Origin: Candidatus Gottesmanbacteria bacterium
GTDB taxonomy: Bacteria > Patescibacteriota > Microgenomatia > UBA10105 > UBA927
Assembly (NCBI GenBank): GCA_016218255.1
Contig: JACREN010000002.1
Coordinates: 4,029 to 68,028, forward strand
Length of the DNA stretch: 64,000 bases
Direction: 5' to 3'
Shown: piece after piece, positions 1-9,633 of the stretch
Layout: the number at the start of each line of letters is the position of its first letter
Numbering within the stretch: the first letter of the stretch is position 1
Made by a program: the position numbers and the translations under genes
Notes under the pieces: model-generated
What the model saw: only the letters and a program-made list of their open reading frames with translations
Told to the model about the DNA's origin: nothing
Databases searched by the model: none

Positions 1-80
1 GTTTGCAAAGTTTTTATTTTTCCGCCGCCATCTGCGGGATACGGATATGCTTGACTAAGATAGAGTATTTTCCTTTTCAT
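1..80 (-). CDS. GT4-like glycosyltransferase, N-terminus only (continues beyond window start)
   Basis: Manual translation from ATG at 80 gives MKRKILYLSQAYPYPADGGGKIKTLQ, a typical GT4 N-terminal 'PYP.dgGg' motif; overlaps the 3' end of the upstream GT4 gene. Confidence 0.7.
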   Translation of the reverse strand, partial: MKRKILYLSQAYPYPADGGGKIKTLQ

Positions 81-1185
81 ACTTTTTGATAATTTGTTCG
101 AATCGTCTGATAAACCGTTTCTCGGAAAACGTATCAGCCTGTTTCCGACATATTTTTGCATCAAATGAAATTAATTCAAAATCTCGAAAAGCCTTTTTTA
201 ACGACCCAACGGTATAGTCATAAAATAAAATTCCGGTCTTTTCGAAAACAACCGTTTCTCGGATACCGCCGCTTGCGTACGCAATAACCGGCACGCCCTG
301 TGCCATCGCTTCCACCGGTGCCATACCAAAATCTTCATCGATTGCGCACGATAACAGTGCCTTGGCACCAGCATACATGTCAGCCATTCTATTGTCCGGG
401 ACGAAACCACAAAAATGAACCGTCGGACCTGCAATAGATCTTAAACGTCTTTCTTCTGGCCCGGTACCGACAACATACAGGGGAAGCTTCAGGTCATTAC
501 ATGCACGGATTGCCAAATCAATTCCTTTTTGTTTTACCAACCTGGAAACACAAAGGAAATACAAACTCCTTGGCTTATTTAATACCTTAATGGATGGTAT
601 ATGCACCGAAGGATATATGACGATGCTTTTTCGTTTATAATAATTCCATATTCTTTTTTGCACCGTCTTGGAATTCGCAATCAAAATATCAGGACGCTGA
701 GCTCCTTCGAAATCCTTCTTTTTCAACCAGCCAAATAGCGGCGACAGCGCAAACTGAATAAACGGATGCTTCATCCATCGCATTTCATTATATTCGTTAT
801 ATAAATACCTCGGAGGCGTATGAATATATGAAACATGAAGAGTTCTCGAAGAAACCCGGATGGATTTAGAGGAAAACGAATGGGAAGAAGAAATCACCAA
901 ATCATAACCGGACAAATCAAGATGTTCCCAGTACCAAAATAGTATGGGTTTTAGAAAACTCGCGTATGTACTCAAGCGGGGGAAGCTACTCAAAATCGTG
1001 GTCCGGACATCACCGTTCGTTCTTTTTCTGATATCCCACCTATAAGCACGTTGGAGAATGGGAATATACATGTCCGCATCAGGAAACAATCGAAGCAACT
1101 GATACAGAACCCGCTCGGCGCCACCCAGACAAAGCACCGCGTCATGGACAATCGCGATTTTTCTAAATTTTCCATATTGTTTCAT
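55..1185 (-). CDS. Glycosyltransferase family 4
   Basis: GGAERV N-terminal motif, SRLVKQKG, and EDFGMAPVEAMAQG (EX7E motif). Confidence 0.92.
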   Translation of the reverse strand: MKQYGKFRKIAIVHDAVLCLGGAERVLYQLLRLFPDADMYIPILQRAYRWDIRKRTNGDVRTTILSSFPRLSTYASFLKPILFWYWEHLDLSGYDLVISSSHSFSSKSIRVSSRTLHVSYIHTPPRYLYNEYNEMRWMKHPFIQFALSPLFGWLKKKDFEGAQRPDILIANSKTVQKRIWNYYKRKSIVIYPSVHIPSIKVLNKPRSLYFLCVSRLVKQKGIDLAIRACNDLKLPLYVVGTGPEERRLRSIAGPTVHFCGFVPDNRMADMYAGAKALLSCAIDEDFGMAPVEAMAQGVPVIAYASGGIRETVVFEKTGILFYDYTVGSLKKAFRDFELISFDAKICRKQADTFSEKRFIRRFEQIIKKYEKENTLS

Positions 1186-1209
1186 ATACTCTTTCCGATC
1201 ATTCCGAAT

Positions 1210-2388
1210 TTATGGAATAATATCCTTTAAAGAATCATATACTGCTTCAGCAAAATATCTGTTCCCTAATGCATTGAGGTGCTTCCATCCAAAAGGAAAT
1301 TGCATTTCTTCAACCCGAAATAACGAATATGCTAAATTATCCGAGTTTATTCCAAGAGCATTCTGACCGATGTAAACCGGATGGCCTTCAGATCGTGTTC
1401 GAAGCGAAAGCAGTGCCGGATCATGAGATTGTGCAATTTTATCATTAACATCAATAAATATCTCACCCACGTTTTTCAATGTGTCGCGAAGTTGAGAATA
1501 TAAACCCACCGACCAGTGACGATAATCTTGAGCTTCATCAAAATACCATTGAAACGGTGCGAGGGTGACCACGAGCTGAATATTCCTCTTCTTCGTTTGT
1601 CGCTGCATTTCACGAATCAGATACTGGATTTTCTGAAACATAGCTTTCCGAACTTCTGTCAATGTTCCTTTTTCCGTACATCCCAACGTTATCCTTCCTA
1701 ATCCGGAAATTCTATTTGGCGCATACACAACAAAATTGGTTACGGCATACTGGAATAACCATTCAGGCATATGACGGATTAAAAGGCCTTGGACATACAG
1801 CGAATTTAGCCATCCCGGAAATTCTAAATAATTATTTCCGATCTTACGAATAAGACATGACTCATTTGCATCATTAATATCATTCATATTGAAATTCCAA
1901 ATAATCATATCTGGACTTTCATGAGAAAGAATTTCTTTTATATAAACATACTCCTGATCCGGACTGTACCCAGATATACCTGCATTATGTACAATAACTT
2001 TTGGTTTTTTCTGATGAAATAATTGCTCAAGTACCGCTGGATACGCTTGATCGTGAATTACTCCCTGACCATAGGTAAAAGAATCCCCAATCATAACTAT
2101 TTCATAAAAACTTTCTTTACCAGTAAGTCTCGGACGGTAAACAAATCGATAACCGTATTGGTCTGTGCCGTCATATTCACTTATGTAAATATTTTTCTGT
2201 ATAGAATAAATTTTGTTCCTGTCAAGTGAAAATAATAGCGATTTCGTTTTACCTACCTCTGTCACAAACGACCACGGCGAAGGATATGGTTCATAATGTT
2301 GTGCTCGAAGTATCAATTCCAGGCACACAAAGCCAACGAGCAAAGAAAGTGCTGTTGATATGGTGAACAACTCCAATCGCTTCATCAT
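1210..2388 (-). CDS. Membrane-anchored SGNH/GDSL hydrolase-family protein
   Basis: N-terminal TM segment, GDSFTYG block I, NAGISGY block II, NMND block III, C-terminal HLNALG; start moved to ATG 2388 to avoid overlap with the upstream gene. Confidence 0.8.
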   Translation of the reverse strand: MMKRLELFTISTALSLLVGFVCLELILRAQHYEPYPSPWSFVTEVGKTKSLLFSLDRNKIYSIQKNIYISEYDGTDQYGYRFVYRPRLTGKESFYEIVMIGDSFTYGQGVIHDQAYPAVLEQLFHQKKPKVIVHNAGISGYSPDQEYVYIKEILSHESPDMIIWNFNMNDINDANESCLIRKIGNNYLEFPGWLNSLYVQGLLIRHMPEWLFQYAVTNFVVYAPNRISGLGRITLGCTEKGTLTEVRKAMFQKIQYLIREMQRQTKKRNIQLVVTLAPFQWYFDEAQDYRHWSVGLYSQLRDTLKNVGEIFIDVNDKIAQSHDPALLSLRTRSEGHPVYIGQNALGINSDNLAYSLFRVEEMQFPFGWKHLNALGNRYFAEAVYDSLKDIIP

Positions 2389-2395
2389 AACTGCA

Positions 2396-4372
2396 TTATC
2401 GCGCGTGTATCCGCCGAATAGCCTTCTGGAAAATTCCTGGGGTTGAGAACGCACCTCCCGATAACACAATTTGACAGTGATTTTTTGCATAGCGATCAGA
2501 TAAACATGATGCTATCACGTCATTTGCAGCCTGGCTATCAAAAAATCTATAGCGATACAATGCTGCAAGCTCTATAGAAAAATAGCTCCAATCAGGAGCG
2601 AAATCCCGCGCAAGGAGCCATAATTTTTTGGTTTCCATTAAGTCTTTATCTATCAAGGAAAGACCAATTAAATACATAAGTTTTGCATATGCTGTTGGAG
2701 TCTTTGCTGCAAAAATATCTGCATTATTCCGCGTATAGAAAGAAGCATACTCCGGAGCACCAAAATCTATACGCGCAATCTTGGTCCGCAACTCTTGTGG
2801 AAGCGCCACCTGACTTAGTCTGTTTATCGCCAAACCAATAACCGAAGGTGATATTGGACGCTTTTCGAATAGGTATTGTATATATTTTATATGATAATCA
2901 ACGTTTATCGGATCCCAACGAATGGCATTCTCATAAAAAGACTGAGTCTCATCTTGTTTGTTGATGCCCATATCGGTTTTAGCAGTTGCATACATCACCT
3001 CCGGGTCGCGGCGGTTTAACCACAATATACCCTTTTGAACCGCGTATGAGGATGCCAGCAATGCATCCAGGGCATTCTGCTTGTAATACGGAGCCGCATA
3101 CCATGCCCACTGCTTTTTTCCCGGCAGAACGCCGAACAAAACACCGGCCATGGAGGAAAGATAAAAGAGCAGCAGCACAAATAGAAACAGTTTTGTCCGC
3201 ATATATTGTGTGCGAGAGTCTAACGAAAATTGCAGAGATACACTGCCGGATGCAAGCCCAAGGCTCGCCCAAAACAATAACCAAATTGAGGAATAATTTA
3301 GATTGAATTCAAATACGCTATACAAAAGAATGAGAACAATCGGAACAAATAGGGGAGACCAAAAACTGCGGCGCAGTGATATACCCAAAATAAATATCAA
3401 AAGCACGGCGCCTACAAAACCCAACTCCACCACTGTCTCCAGCGGAAAACTGTGGGCATACCAGGAATACGTCTGCGGTGCCTCCTGAAGACGCTTAGAC
3501 TGAAGGAAGAACGTCCCGGGCCCGCTGCCAAATAACGGCCGTTCAGCTATCGCCATAGCCGCCTGCCTCCAATAGCCCCACCGGCTGTCCTGAGTGATCG
3601 GCCGCTTTACAATCTGGCGAATAAGCGCATTGGTTGATTTCTCAAAACGAAAAACGTCGTACCGAAGAGAAATGAATGACACAGCCCCAAACAGAACCAG
3701 AAACAAGCAGGCGAAACTAAAAATAACCCGGCGTTCGATTCGGTCGCGGCGCCATAAAAATTGCCCAAGCAAATATACAACAAGAAGCATCCATGCCGCG
3801 CGGGCAAACGTCAGAATCATACCCAATATAAATACTGAAACTATTACCCATCTCAATTTTTTGAAATCGTTCGTAAAAAAAATCAAAGGGAAAATAGGAA
3901 GCAGAAGATCCGCCAAATGATTATGTCCATAGTTGGCATACAAAAGATTCATGAGGGGTAAAAATTCAGCAAACGATGGGAACAGCATAAATACCCACGA
4001 CAACCCAATCGCGATAAACCCGATGGTAATAAGACTTTTCCGGTACCACATCACTGCGCCATCGGAAGCCACCGAATAAAACAGGATAAAAAGGAGGTAT
4101 CCTTCGATATAACGGATAGACGCGCTGACAGAATAGGCAATACTGTCCGAAAATAATGTCCGGCCTGCCATATAGAGAAGCAATACGATCCAACCCCGAG
4201 ATAGGGAGCGGGGAAGCGGACGAATTGTGAAAGACCCTAACGAAGCATACCGAATCGCATAGAGGATCAAGATGCCGAGCGCCCAAAATATGTCGACGAA
4301 CGGCTGTTTCCCGTCACCCACAAGGAGCGATACGGCAAACAAAAGGCAAAAGGCTACGGTCAGTCGTTTCAT
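2396..4372 (-). CDS. O-antigen ligase/oligosaccharyltransferase (Wzy_C) family membrane protein with TPR-like C-terminus
   Basis: About 12 TM segments, TFARAAW, SRWGYW, RPLFGSGPGTF and AHSFPLETVVELG motifs; ATGA-coupled to the upstream pilin. Confidence 0.85.
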   Translation of the reverse strand: MKRLTVAFCLLFAVSLLVGDGKQPFVDIFWALGILILYAIRYASLGSFTIRPLPRSLSRGWIVLLLYMAGRTLFSDSIAYSVSASIRYIEGYLLFILFYSVASDGAVMWYRKSLITIGFIAIGLSWVFMLFPSFAEFLPLMNLLYANYGHNHLADLLLPIFPLIFFTNDFKKLRWVIVSVFILGMILTFARAAWMLLVVYLLGQFLWRRDRIERRVIFSFACLFLVLFGAVSFISLRYDVFRFEKSTNALIRQIVKRPITQDSRWGYWRQAAMAIAERPLFGSGPGTFFLQSKRLQEAPQTYSWYAHSFPLETVVELGFVGAVLLIFILGISLRRSFWSPLFVPIVLILLYSVFEFNLNYSSIWLLFWASLGLASGSVSLQFSLDSRTQYMRTKLFLFVLLLFYLSSMAGVLFGVLPGKKQWAWYAAPYYKQNALDALLASSYAVQKGILWLNRRDPEVMYATAKTDMGINKQDETQSFYENAIRWDPINVDYHIKYIQYLFEKRPISPSVIGLAINRLSQVALPQELRTKIARIDFGAPEYASFYTRNNADIFAAKTPTAYAKLMYLIGLSLIDKDLMETKKLWLLARDFAPDWSYFSIELAALYRYRFFDSQAANDVIASCLSDRYAKNHCQIVLSGGAFSTPGIFQKAIRRIHAR

Positions 4373-4935
4373 TGCTTGGCATTCCGAATGGCAGCAGTCG
4401 TCTGAAATGAAGCGCTCGCGCGGTCGAATTGGTCCGGCGGCGTGCCCTTTTGCGCCAGACTAAAAATAATCGCCACCGTCGCCGGCTGACCTGCCGGCAT
4501 CGTACAGACAAACGTCAGACTGGAAGCATTGCAATCCGCTCCACCGAGCGTCAATGCACTGTCCGTCAGATACTCTGTCGTAGAAGCACTTACGGATGCA
4601 ATACGAGTCACGGTACCGTCCAGGAGACATCCCAAAGAGGTAGATTCGCCATCAGGATTTGTCAACGTGATACTGGACGATGAAGTCCCGCCCTCCGCAC
4701 ACGTCGAGGTCACTTCCGTTGCATTCCGAACAAGCTGATATATTCGCTCGAGAGAAAAATCACCGTTCTGTTTTACATTCTTTAATACTTCTGATTTTGC
4801 ATTGCTTCGGGTCGTGGTAAAAAATACCTGAGAAATCAAAACACCCACGACAGCCACAATGCCGATCGACACCATGATCTCCAGCAGAGTAAATCCCTGT
4901 TTTTTCCATGAATCATGAACATTTTTTATCGCCAT
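4369..4935 (-). CDS. Type IV minor pilin-like protein
   Basis: Class III signal KKQG|FTLLEIMVSIGI; Ser/Thr-rich, with Cys pairs. Confidence 0.9.
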   Translation of the reverse strand: MAIKNVHDSWKKQGFTLLEIMVSIGIVAVVGVLISQVFFTTTRSNAKSEVLKNVKQNGDFSLERIYQLVRNATEVTSTCAEGGTSSSSITLTNPDGESTSLGCLLDGTVTRIASVSASTTEYLTDSALTLGGADCNASSLTFVCTMPAGQPATVAIIFSLAQKGTPPDQFDRASASFQTTAAIRNAKQ

Positions 4936-5366
4936 CTTGTAAAGTTGGTTGTGAGCTCGCTTTTATGTTCACCCCGGCCGTCATCCCATGCCACTTTCGA
5001 TGCAACATTCATAACCGGATCAACCCATGTAAAAGTAAGGCTTCTTATGTAGATGCTGTCGACATTCACTGGACATACACTATTAGCAGATGCAGTCAGG
5101 ACATTTGTTTTATCCAGACAATAGACACCGCTTTTTTCTGCAAAACCGGTCCACCCGATATTGCGGAGGTTTCTGGCATACTCTATGCCTTCCTGAGAAT
5201 ATTTTAAGGCCAAACTCCTTGTTTTCCCCTCGTTGATATTCCGAAGCGATGCGGTCGTACCGACAATAATACCCGTTACTAACACTGTAACCACGCCAAT
5301 CACGACTACCGCCTCAACAAGCGATTGGCCAGACTGACCGGATGTTTTATAGAAATCCCAGATCAT
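4926..5366 (-). CDS. Type IV minor pilin-like protein (PilV-like)
   Basis: G|QSLVEAVVVIGV class III-like signal followed by a hydrophobic helix. Confidence 0.8.
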   Translation of the reverse strand: MIWDFYKTSGQSGQSLVEAVVVIGVVTVLVTGIIVGTTASLRNINEGKTRSLALKYSQEGIEYARNLRNIGWTGFAEKSGVYCLDKTNVLTASANSVCPVNVDSIYIRSLTFTWVDPVMNVASKVAWDDGRGEHKSELTTNFTRWR

Positions 5367-5829
5367 TTATGTCTCCTCCGGTTGAAACCTGTATGCGGTA
5401 TGATTTTACAATTCCGACCATTGTAATCGTTACCGCATCGCTTGAAAGCAGTCCCCGGGTTAACACGCCATAAACAAACGAGGCGGGCACAGGCGAAAAC
5501 GTAATTCCTGAGGGCAACGCGGTAGAAAGCGCATCTCCTACGGCGCCTTCTGTGCACTCTGCAACAACCGTATATGTCGAATCCGTAAATTGTACGGTAT
5601 ATCCCACAAGCTCAGTGCACCCGCTGGTTGGTTTTTTCGATGAAGCGGCAAGCGTCTGGGCATAACGAAGATTATTTTTCATCGTCAGGGCTGCCTGCTT
5701 CAAGCGCTGATTATCATTGTAATTATTATAATTAACGATAAGCCCGCCAACCGCAAGAAGTGAAATACCGATCGTCACGATAAGCTCTATGAGAGTAAAC
5801 CCAGAACGAGATGCAAAAAGCCGCTTCAT
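5347..5829 (-). CDS. Type IV minor pilin (FimT/GspH-like)
   Basis: RSG|FTLIELIVTI signal. Confidence 0.88.
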   Translation of the reverse strand: MKRLFASRSGFTLIELIVTIGISLLAVGGLIVNYNNYNDNQRLKQAALTMKNNLRYAQTLAASSKKPTSGCTELVGYTVQFTDSTYTVVAECTEGAVGDALSTALPSGITFSPVPASFVYGVLTRGLLSSDAVTITMVGIVKSYRIQVSTGGDINDLGFL

Positions 5830-6266
5830 GGACTCTTGACCCCGAAATTATGGGCTGGGGTCTGCGATGCATCAGGGGTGCAGCTGTTACTTGCGGGCGT
5901 TTCTGCTTCAAGGTACGCGCTTACACAGTAGCCGTAATAACTGCCTCCCGAAACATCAGTTGCTTTATACCGGTATACATAATCGGGATCTTTTGGGTCT
6001 GCTGGGATAGACGGCATGTAGGTAGCCACTAAATCAGCACTTAAATTAGACATATCCGTCCAGCTACCGGCCCCGGTACTGGGATAATACCCATTGTCGG
6101 TTCGGTACATCTCGATAGCCGACCGGATCTGCTCGACGTCGCTTTTCCGCTTTGTATCACGGGATCTACGGTTTACCGATCCATACGATACGATACCTAT
6201 AGCAGTCAATATTGCGATAATAGATATCGCAACCAATATCTCCATGAGGGTAAATCCTTTTTTCAT
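5826..6266 (-). CDS. GspG-like pilin/pseudopilin
   Basis: KKG|FTLMEILVAI, RDTKRKSD, AIEMYRTDNGYYP and IPADP. Confidence 0.9.
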   Translation of the reverse strand: MKKGFTLMEILVAISIIAILTAIGIVSYGSVNRRSRDTKRKSDVEQIRSAIEMYRTDNGYYPSTGAGSWTDMSNLSADLVATYMPSIPADPKDPDYVYRYKATDVSGGSYYGYCVSAYLEAETPASNSCTPDASQTPAHNFGVKSP

Positions 6267-6268
6267 AA

Positions 6269-6712
6269 TTACTGAGCGCTTTTGACGCAGTACAACCCCG
6301 TGTATTCACTTGGTGCTGCGGCAGCTGCACAGTCCGTCACCTCATTGGCTTCTCCCTCAAGACCAGCACAAACACAAAAACTTGCAGCACTACAACTGCT
6401 CCATCCCGTGACCGTTGTGTAATCTGTTCCGCTCTTGGGATCAGTCGGCATACCGTTTGGCAAATATGTCACCGCCAGAGTGCAGGTAGCCGGATATGAT
6501 CCTTTATTGTCTGCATAATACTGCTCAAAACCATTCTGCACTTCCTTCAGATCGTTTTTTCGTCTGTTATCACGCGCCTTCTTTTGCCCTGTGGTATACG
6601 CCGAAACTGCGATCGAAACTAAAATCGCAATGACCGATACCGCCACCAATAATTCCATAAGACTAAAACCTATAGAATGTTTCCCCACCATGCGAGTATT
6701 TGAGTTTTCCAT
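6269..6712 (-). CDS. GspG-like pilin/pseudopilin
   Basis: G|FSLMELLVAV, ARDNRRKNDL, EQYYADN..YP and PTDP; start at 6712 or 6691. Confidence 0.88.
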   Translation of the reverse strand: MENSNTRMVGKHSIGFSLMELLVAVSVIAILVSIAVSAYTTGQKKARDNRRKNDLKEVQNGFEQYYADNKGSYPATCTLAVTYLPNGMPTDPKSGTDYTTVTGWSSCSAASFCVCAGLEGEANEVTDCAAAAAPSEYTGLYCVKSAQ

Positions 6713-7413
6713 AATATGGTGATAACGGTTCCTAAAATCAAAAAAGGACCGAATGCAACCCGGCTTTTCCACGTTTTATGTCTAGCTTTCATCAGTATGA
6801 CACCCACTCCAGCGCCCGTCAAGAACGCTGCATACAGCGCCACAACGATGCCTGGATACCCCAAAAGCAGCCCGAGCAGAAACACAAGTTTTACGTCTCC
6901 CAGTCCCATTCCTCGTCCGCCAGTCAATAACCAAAGAAGCAGAAAGAACACGGACGCTCCAAACGCGGAAATCCAAAAAACCTGCGCATGACGGACGTCA
7001 AAAACCGACCCAAGAAGACCTACTCCGATAATCCCCACCACCACCATACTGTCCGGAATTATTTGATATTTAAGATCTGCAAAAAAAATAACAATCAATG
7101 AGCAAAAAATAAGAACATATGCTGATAATTTGGTAATCGAATCAGCAAAATAAAAAAACAGCAATGCGAAACCAACACCAGTCAAAAGTTCAATGGCGGG
7201 ATACTGTAGCGAAAGCTTTTTGTGACACCGACGGCACCGGGCGAGCTGGATCACAAACGATACGATTGGAATAAGTTCGTACCACCGGAGCGTTTTTTTA
7301 CAATGATCGCAATGTGACCGACCATATACCACAGATTGCCCCTTTGGTAGCCGGTCGATAAGGACATTAAGAAATGATCCTATACATAACCCAAATAATC
7401 CTGCCAACCACAT
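6670..7413 (-). CDS. pilD: Prepilin peptidase (A24)
   Basis: GSFLNVLIDRLP, two CxxC pairs, DLKYQIIPD, GMGLGDVKL and FGPFL. Confidence 0.95.
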   Translation of the reverse strand: MWLAGLFGLCIGSFLNVLIDRLPKGQSVVYGRSHCDHCKKTLRWYELIPIVSFVIQLARCRRCHKKLSLQYPAIELLTGVGFALLFFYFADSITKLSAYVLIFCSLIVIFFADLKYQIIPDSMVVVGIIGVGLLGSVFDVRHAQVFWISAFGASVFFLLLWLLTGGRGMGLGDVKLVFLLGLLLGYPGIVVALYAAFLTGAGVGVILMKARHKTWKSRVAFGPFLILGTVITILWKTQILAWWGNIL

Positions 7414-7443
7414 ACATATATCATACCATGATATACTTCAGCC

Positions 7444-9633
7444 ATGAAACGCGATGCATGGGCGCTTCTTGTCATATCTACGTGTGCAGCCGCATTTTTT
7501 TTCCGGCTGTTCTGGCCTACACCTCTTCTTCTCGTCACACCTGATTTCGGCAGAAGTGATGCATGGCATTTTACCTTTGTCACTAAATTCCTCTTGGGAA
7601 AAAATCTGACTGGGGGAGCACTCCCTATCTGGATACCGGAGCTTGGACGCGGATTTCCGCTTATGGCTGAAGGGCAAACAGGGACATTTTATATTCCTAA
7701 CGTGCTTCTTTACCGATTTTTGGACAGCGTGACCGCATACAATGCATCAATTCTTCTGACAATTCTGTTTTTGGGGTGGGGTATGTATATGTGGGTTCGC
7801 AGAATGAACTGGAGCCGGATCGCCGGATTATTTGCTGCTCTCTCGCTTATGTTTTCCGGCATGACACTGTCGCAACTCCCACATGGCGCGCTTCTTCAAG
7901 GCATAAGCCTTCTTCCGTGGGTACTCTACCTAACACTTCGCCTTTTTCAAACTAAATCCCGTTCTGCAATAGCTATTTGGGCTTTTATCTACTCCCAGCA
8001 GTTGCTTACCGGGTTTCCCCAAGCAGCATTTATCACTATCCTTTTTTCGTTTGCTTACGGCGCATGGCTTCTTCAGGAAAGCTCAACCAAAACAATGGAC
8101 AGCATACGGTTTCTACTCGCATGTGCTGCATCGCTGGGTCTCTCCGCGGTTCAGATTCTGCCGTCATGGGAATTTTTGAATCAGACCACGGTCGCCGGAG
8201 GCATGACTTCGGACGTATCCACATATTTTTCCTACCCGATCAAGCATCTGGCGACGCTCTTGGAACCATTTTTTTTGGGCAATCCAAAATTCGGTACCTA
8301 TCCACCTTTTTTTGCATTTGACGGAAGCATTTTCTGGGAAAACGTCGGCGGCATTGGATGGATTCCTGTTAGTCTCGCCATTATCACCATGATGAAATTC
8401 AGATCCAAAAATATTGCTTTTTTTGCTCTGTCTGTACCGATATCGCTTCTTCTTATGCTTGGTAAATATTCTCCGCTATACCTGGTCTATTCATTTTGGC
8501 CGTTTCATTTATTCCGTGTCCCTTCACGGTTTATTTGGATATTTGTTCTCTCAATCATCATGATTGCATCCTATGCCATCCACCGGATTTGGCGAAACGG
8601 GCGGATCCAAAAAATCGGCGTTCTGGCTGCTATTACTCTACATACCGCAATCTTAACAAACACCTGGTTCTCCTACCAAGCATTTGAACCCGCACACCTC
8701 TGGCTCACACCTCCTGAGGCAATTTCAAGACTACCGAATGATCCAAATATATTTACAGTCGGCTCGGAACCAATACACAACCAATCCTTTCTGACAAACG
8801 GATGGAAATCTATGAAACCCTATACATCACTTCGTAACAGCCTTGCCCCAAACAGCAGCAGCATATGGGGCATCACTTCTGCCAATGTCTACGCGGGTAG
8901 ATTTCTACGGCGACCGAGTATTCTGGCAGAATTCATTGACCATGAGTTTCCCGTCGATAGCCGGGAGGCCACACTCTCAGCGGTGGGGAAGAAGCTTCTA
9001 ACAATATCAGGCATTACTTCAGTTATCGCGGCGGTTCCGCTCACGCAATCTGAACCACCATATCTGGAAAAAATCACAACCCATGACACACTGACCCTCT
9101 GGAATAATCCTGAAGCTGTCCCCAGAGCCTATTTAGCCGACCGAGTCCATGTGGCAACGACCAAAGAGAAGGCATTCGGGATCTTACGCCACGAGGATTT
9201 TATTCCCGGCAAAAGCGTTCTTTTAGAAGACCCCATACATGTGGGCCAAACTACGGATAAGCCAACCGGAACAGCTCAAATAACCGACCGGTCAAACACA
9301 ACACTCACCATATCCGTGAAGGATAACAATCGAGATACAGTTCTCATCGTAACCGATACGTACTATCCCGGCTGGAAGGCGATACTCGACGGATTTGAAG
9401 TGCCTATATTTCCTGCAAATATCCGCCAACGGGGAGTCATCGTACCACCGGGAAACCACACGATACAAATGCGCTATGAACCAAAGAGCCTATTTTTGGG
9501 ATTTGCTATCAGTGTGGTGACGCTCTTACTTCTTGTTATCTTAATGGTGTTTCTTCCTTCTTCTTCAGATCCTCATACTCTTGCAACAGATGCTTCGCCC
9601 GGCCCGCATCGCCCACACAGTCGCGCATCGTGA
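7444..9633 (+). CDS. YfhO-family GT-C membrane protein
   Basis: PIWIP..GRGFP, many TM segments, RVPSRF, PRAY and a YYPGWKA..DG C-terminal domain. Confidence 0.85.
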   Translation: MKRDAWALLVISTCAAAFFFRLFWPTPLLLVTPDFGRSDAWHFTFVTKFLLGKNLTGGALPIWIPELGRGFPLMAEGQTGTFYIPNVLLYRFLDSVTAYNASILLTILFLGWGMYMWVRRMNWSRIAGLFAALSLMFSGMTLSQLPHGALLQGISLLPWVLYLTLRLFQTKSRSAIAIWAFIYSQQLLTGFPQAAFITILFSFAYGAWLLQESSTKTMDSIRFLLACAASLGLSAVQILPSWEFLNQTTVAGGMTSDVSTYFSYPIKHLATLLEPFFLGNPKFGTYPPFFAFDGSIFWENVGGIGWIPVSLAIITMMKFRSKNIAFFALSVPISLLLMLGKYSPLYLVYSFWPFHLFRVPSRFIWIFVLSIIMIASYAIHRIWRNGRIQKIGVLAAITLHTAILTNTWFSYQAFEPAHLWLTPPEAISRLPNDPNIFTVGSEPIHNQSFLTNGWKSMKPYTSLRNSLAPNSSSIWGITSANVYAGRFLRRPSILAEFIDHEFPVDSREATLSAVGKKLLTISGITSVIAAVPLTQSEPPYLEKITTHDTLTLWNNPEAVPRAYLADRVHVATTKEKAFGILRHEDFIPGKSVLLEDPIHVGQTTDKPTGTAQITDRSNTTLTISVKDNNRDTVLIVTDTYYPGWKAILDGFEVPIFPANIRQRGVIVPPGNHTIQMRYEPKSLFLGFAISVVTLLLLVILMVFLPSSSDPHTLATDASPGPHRPHSRAS

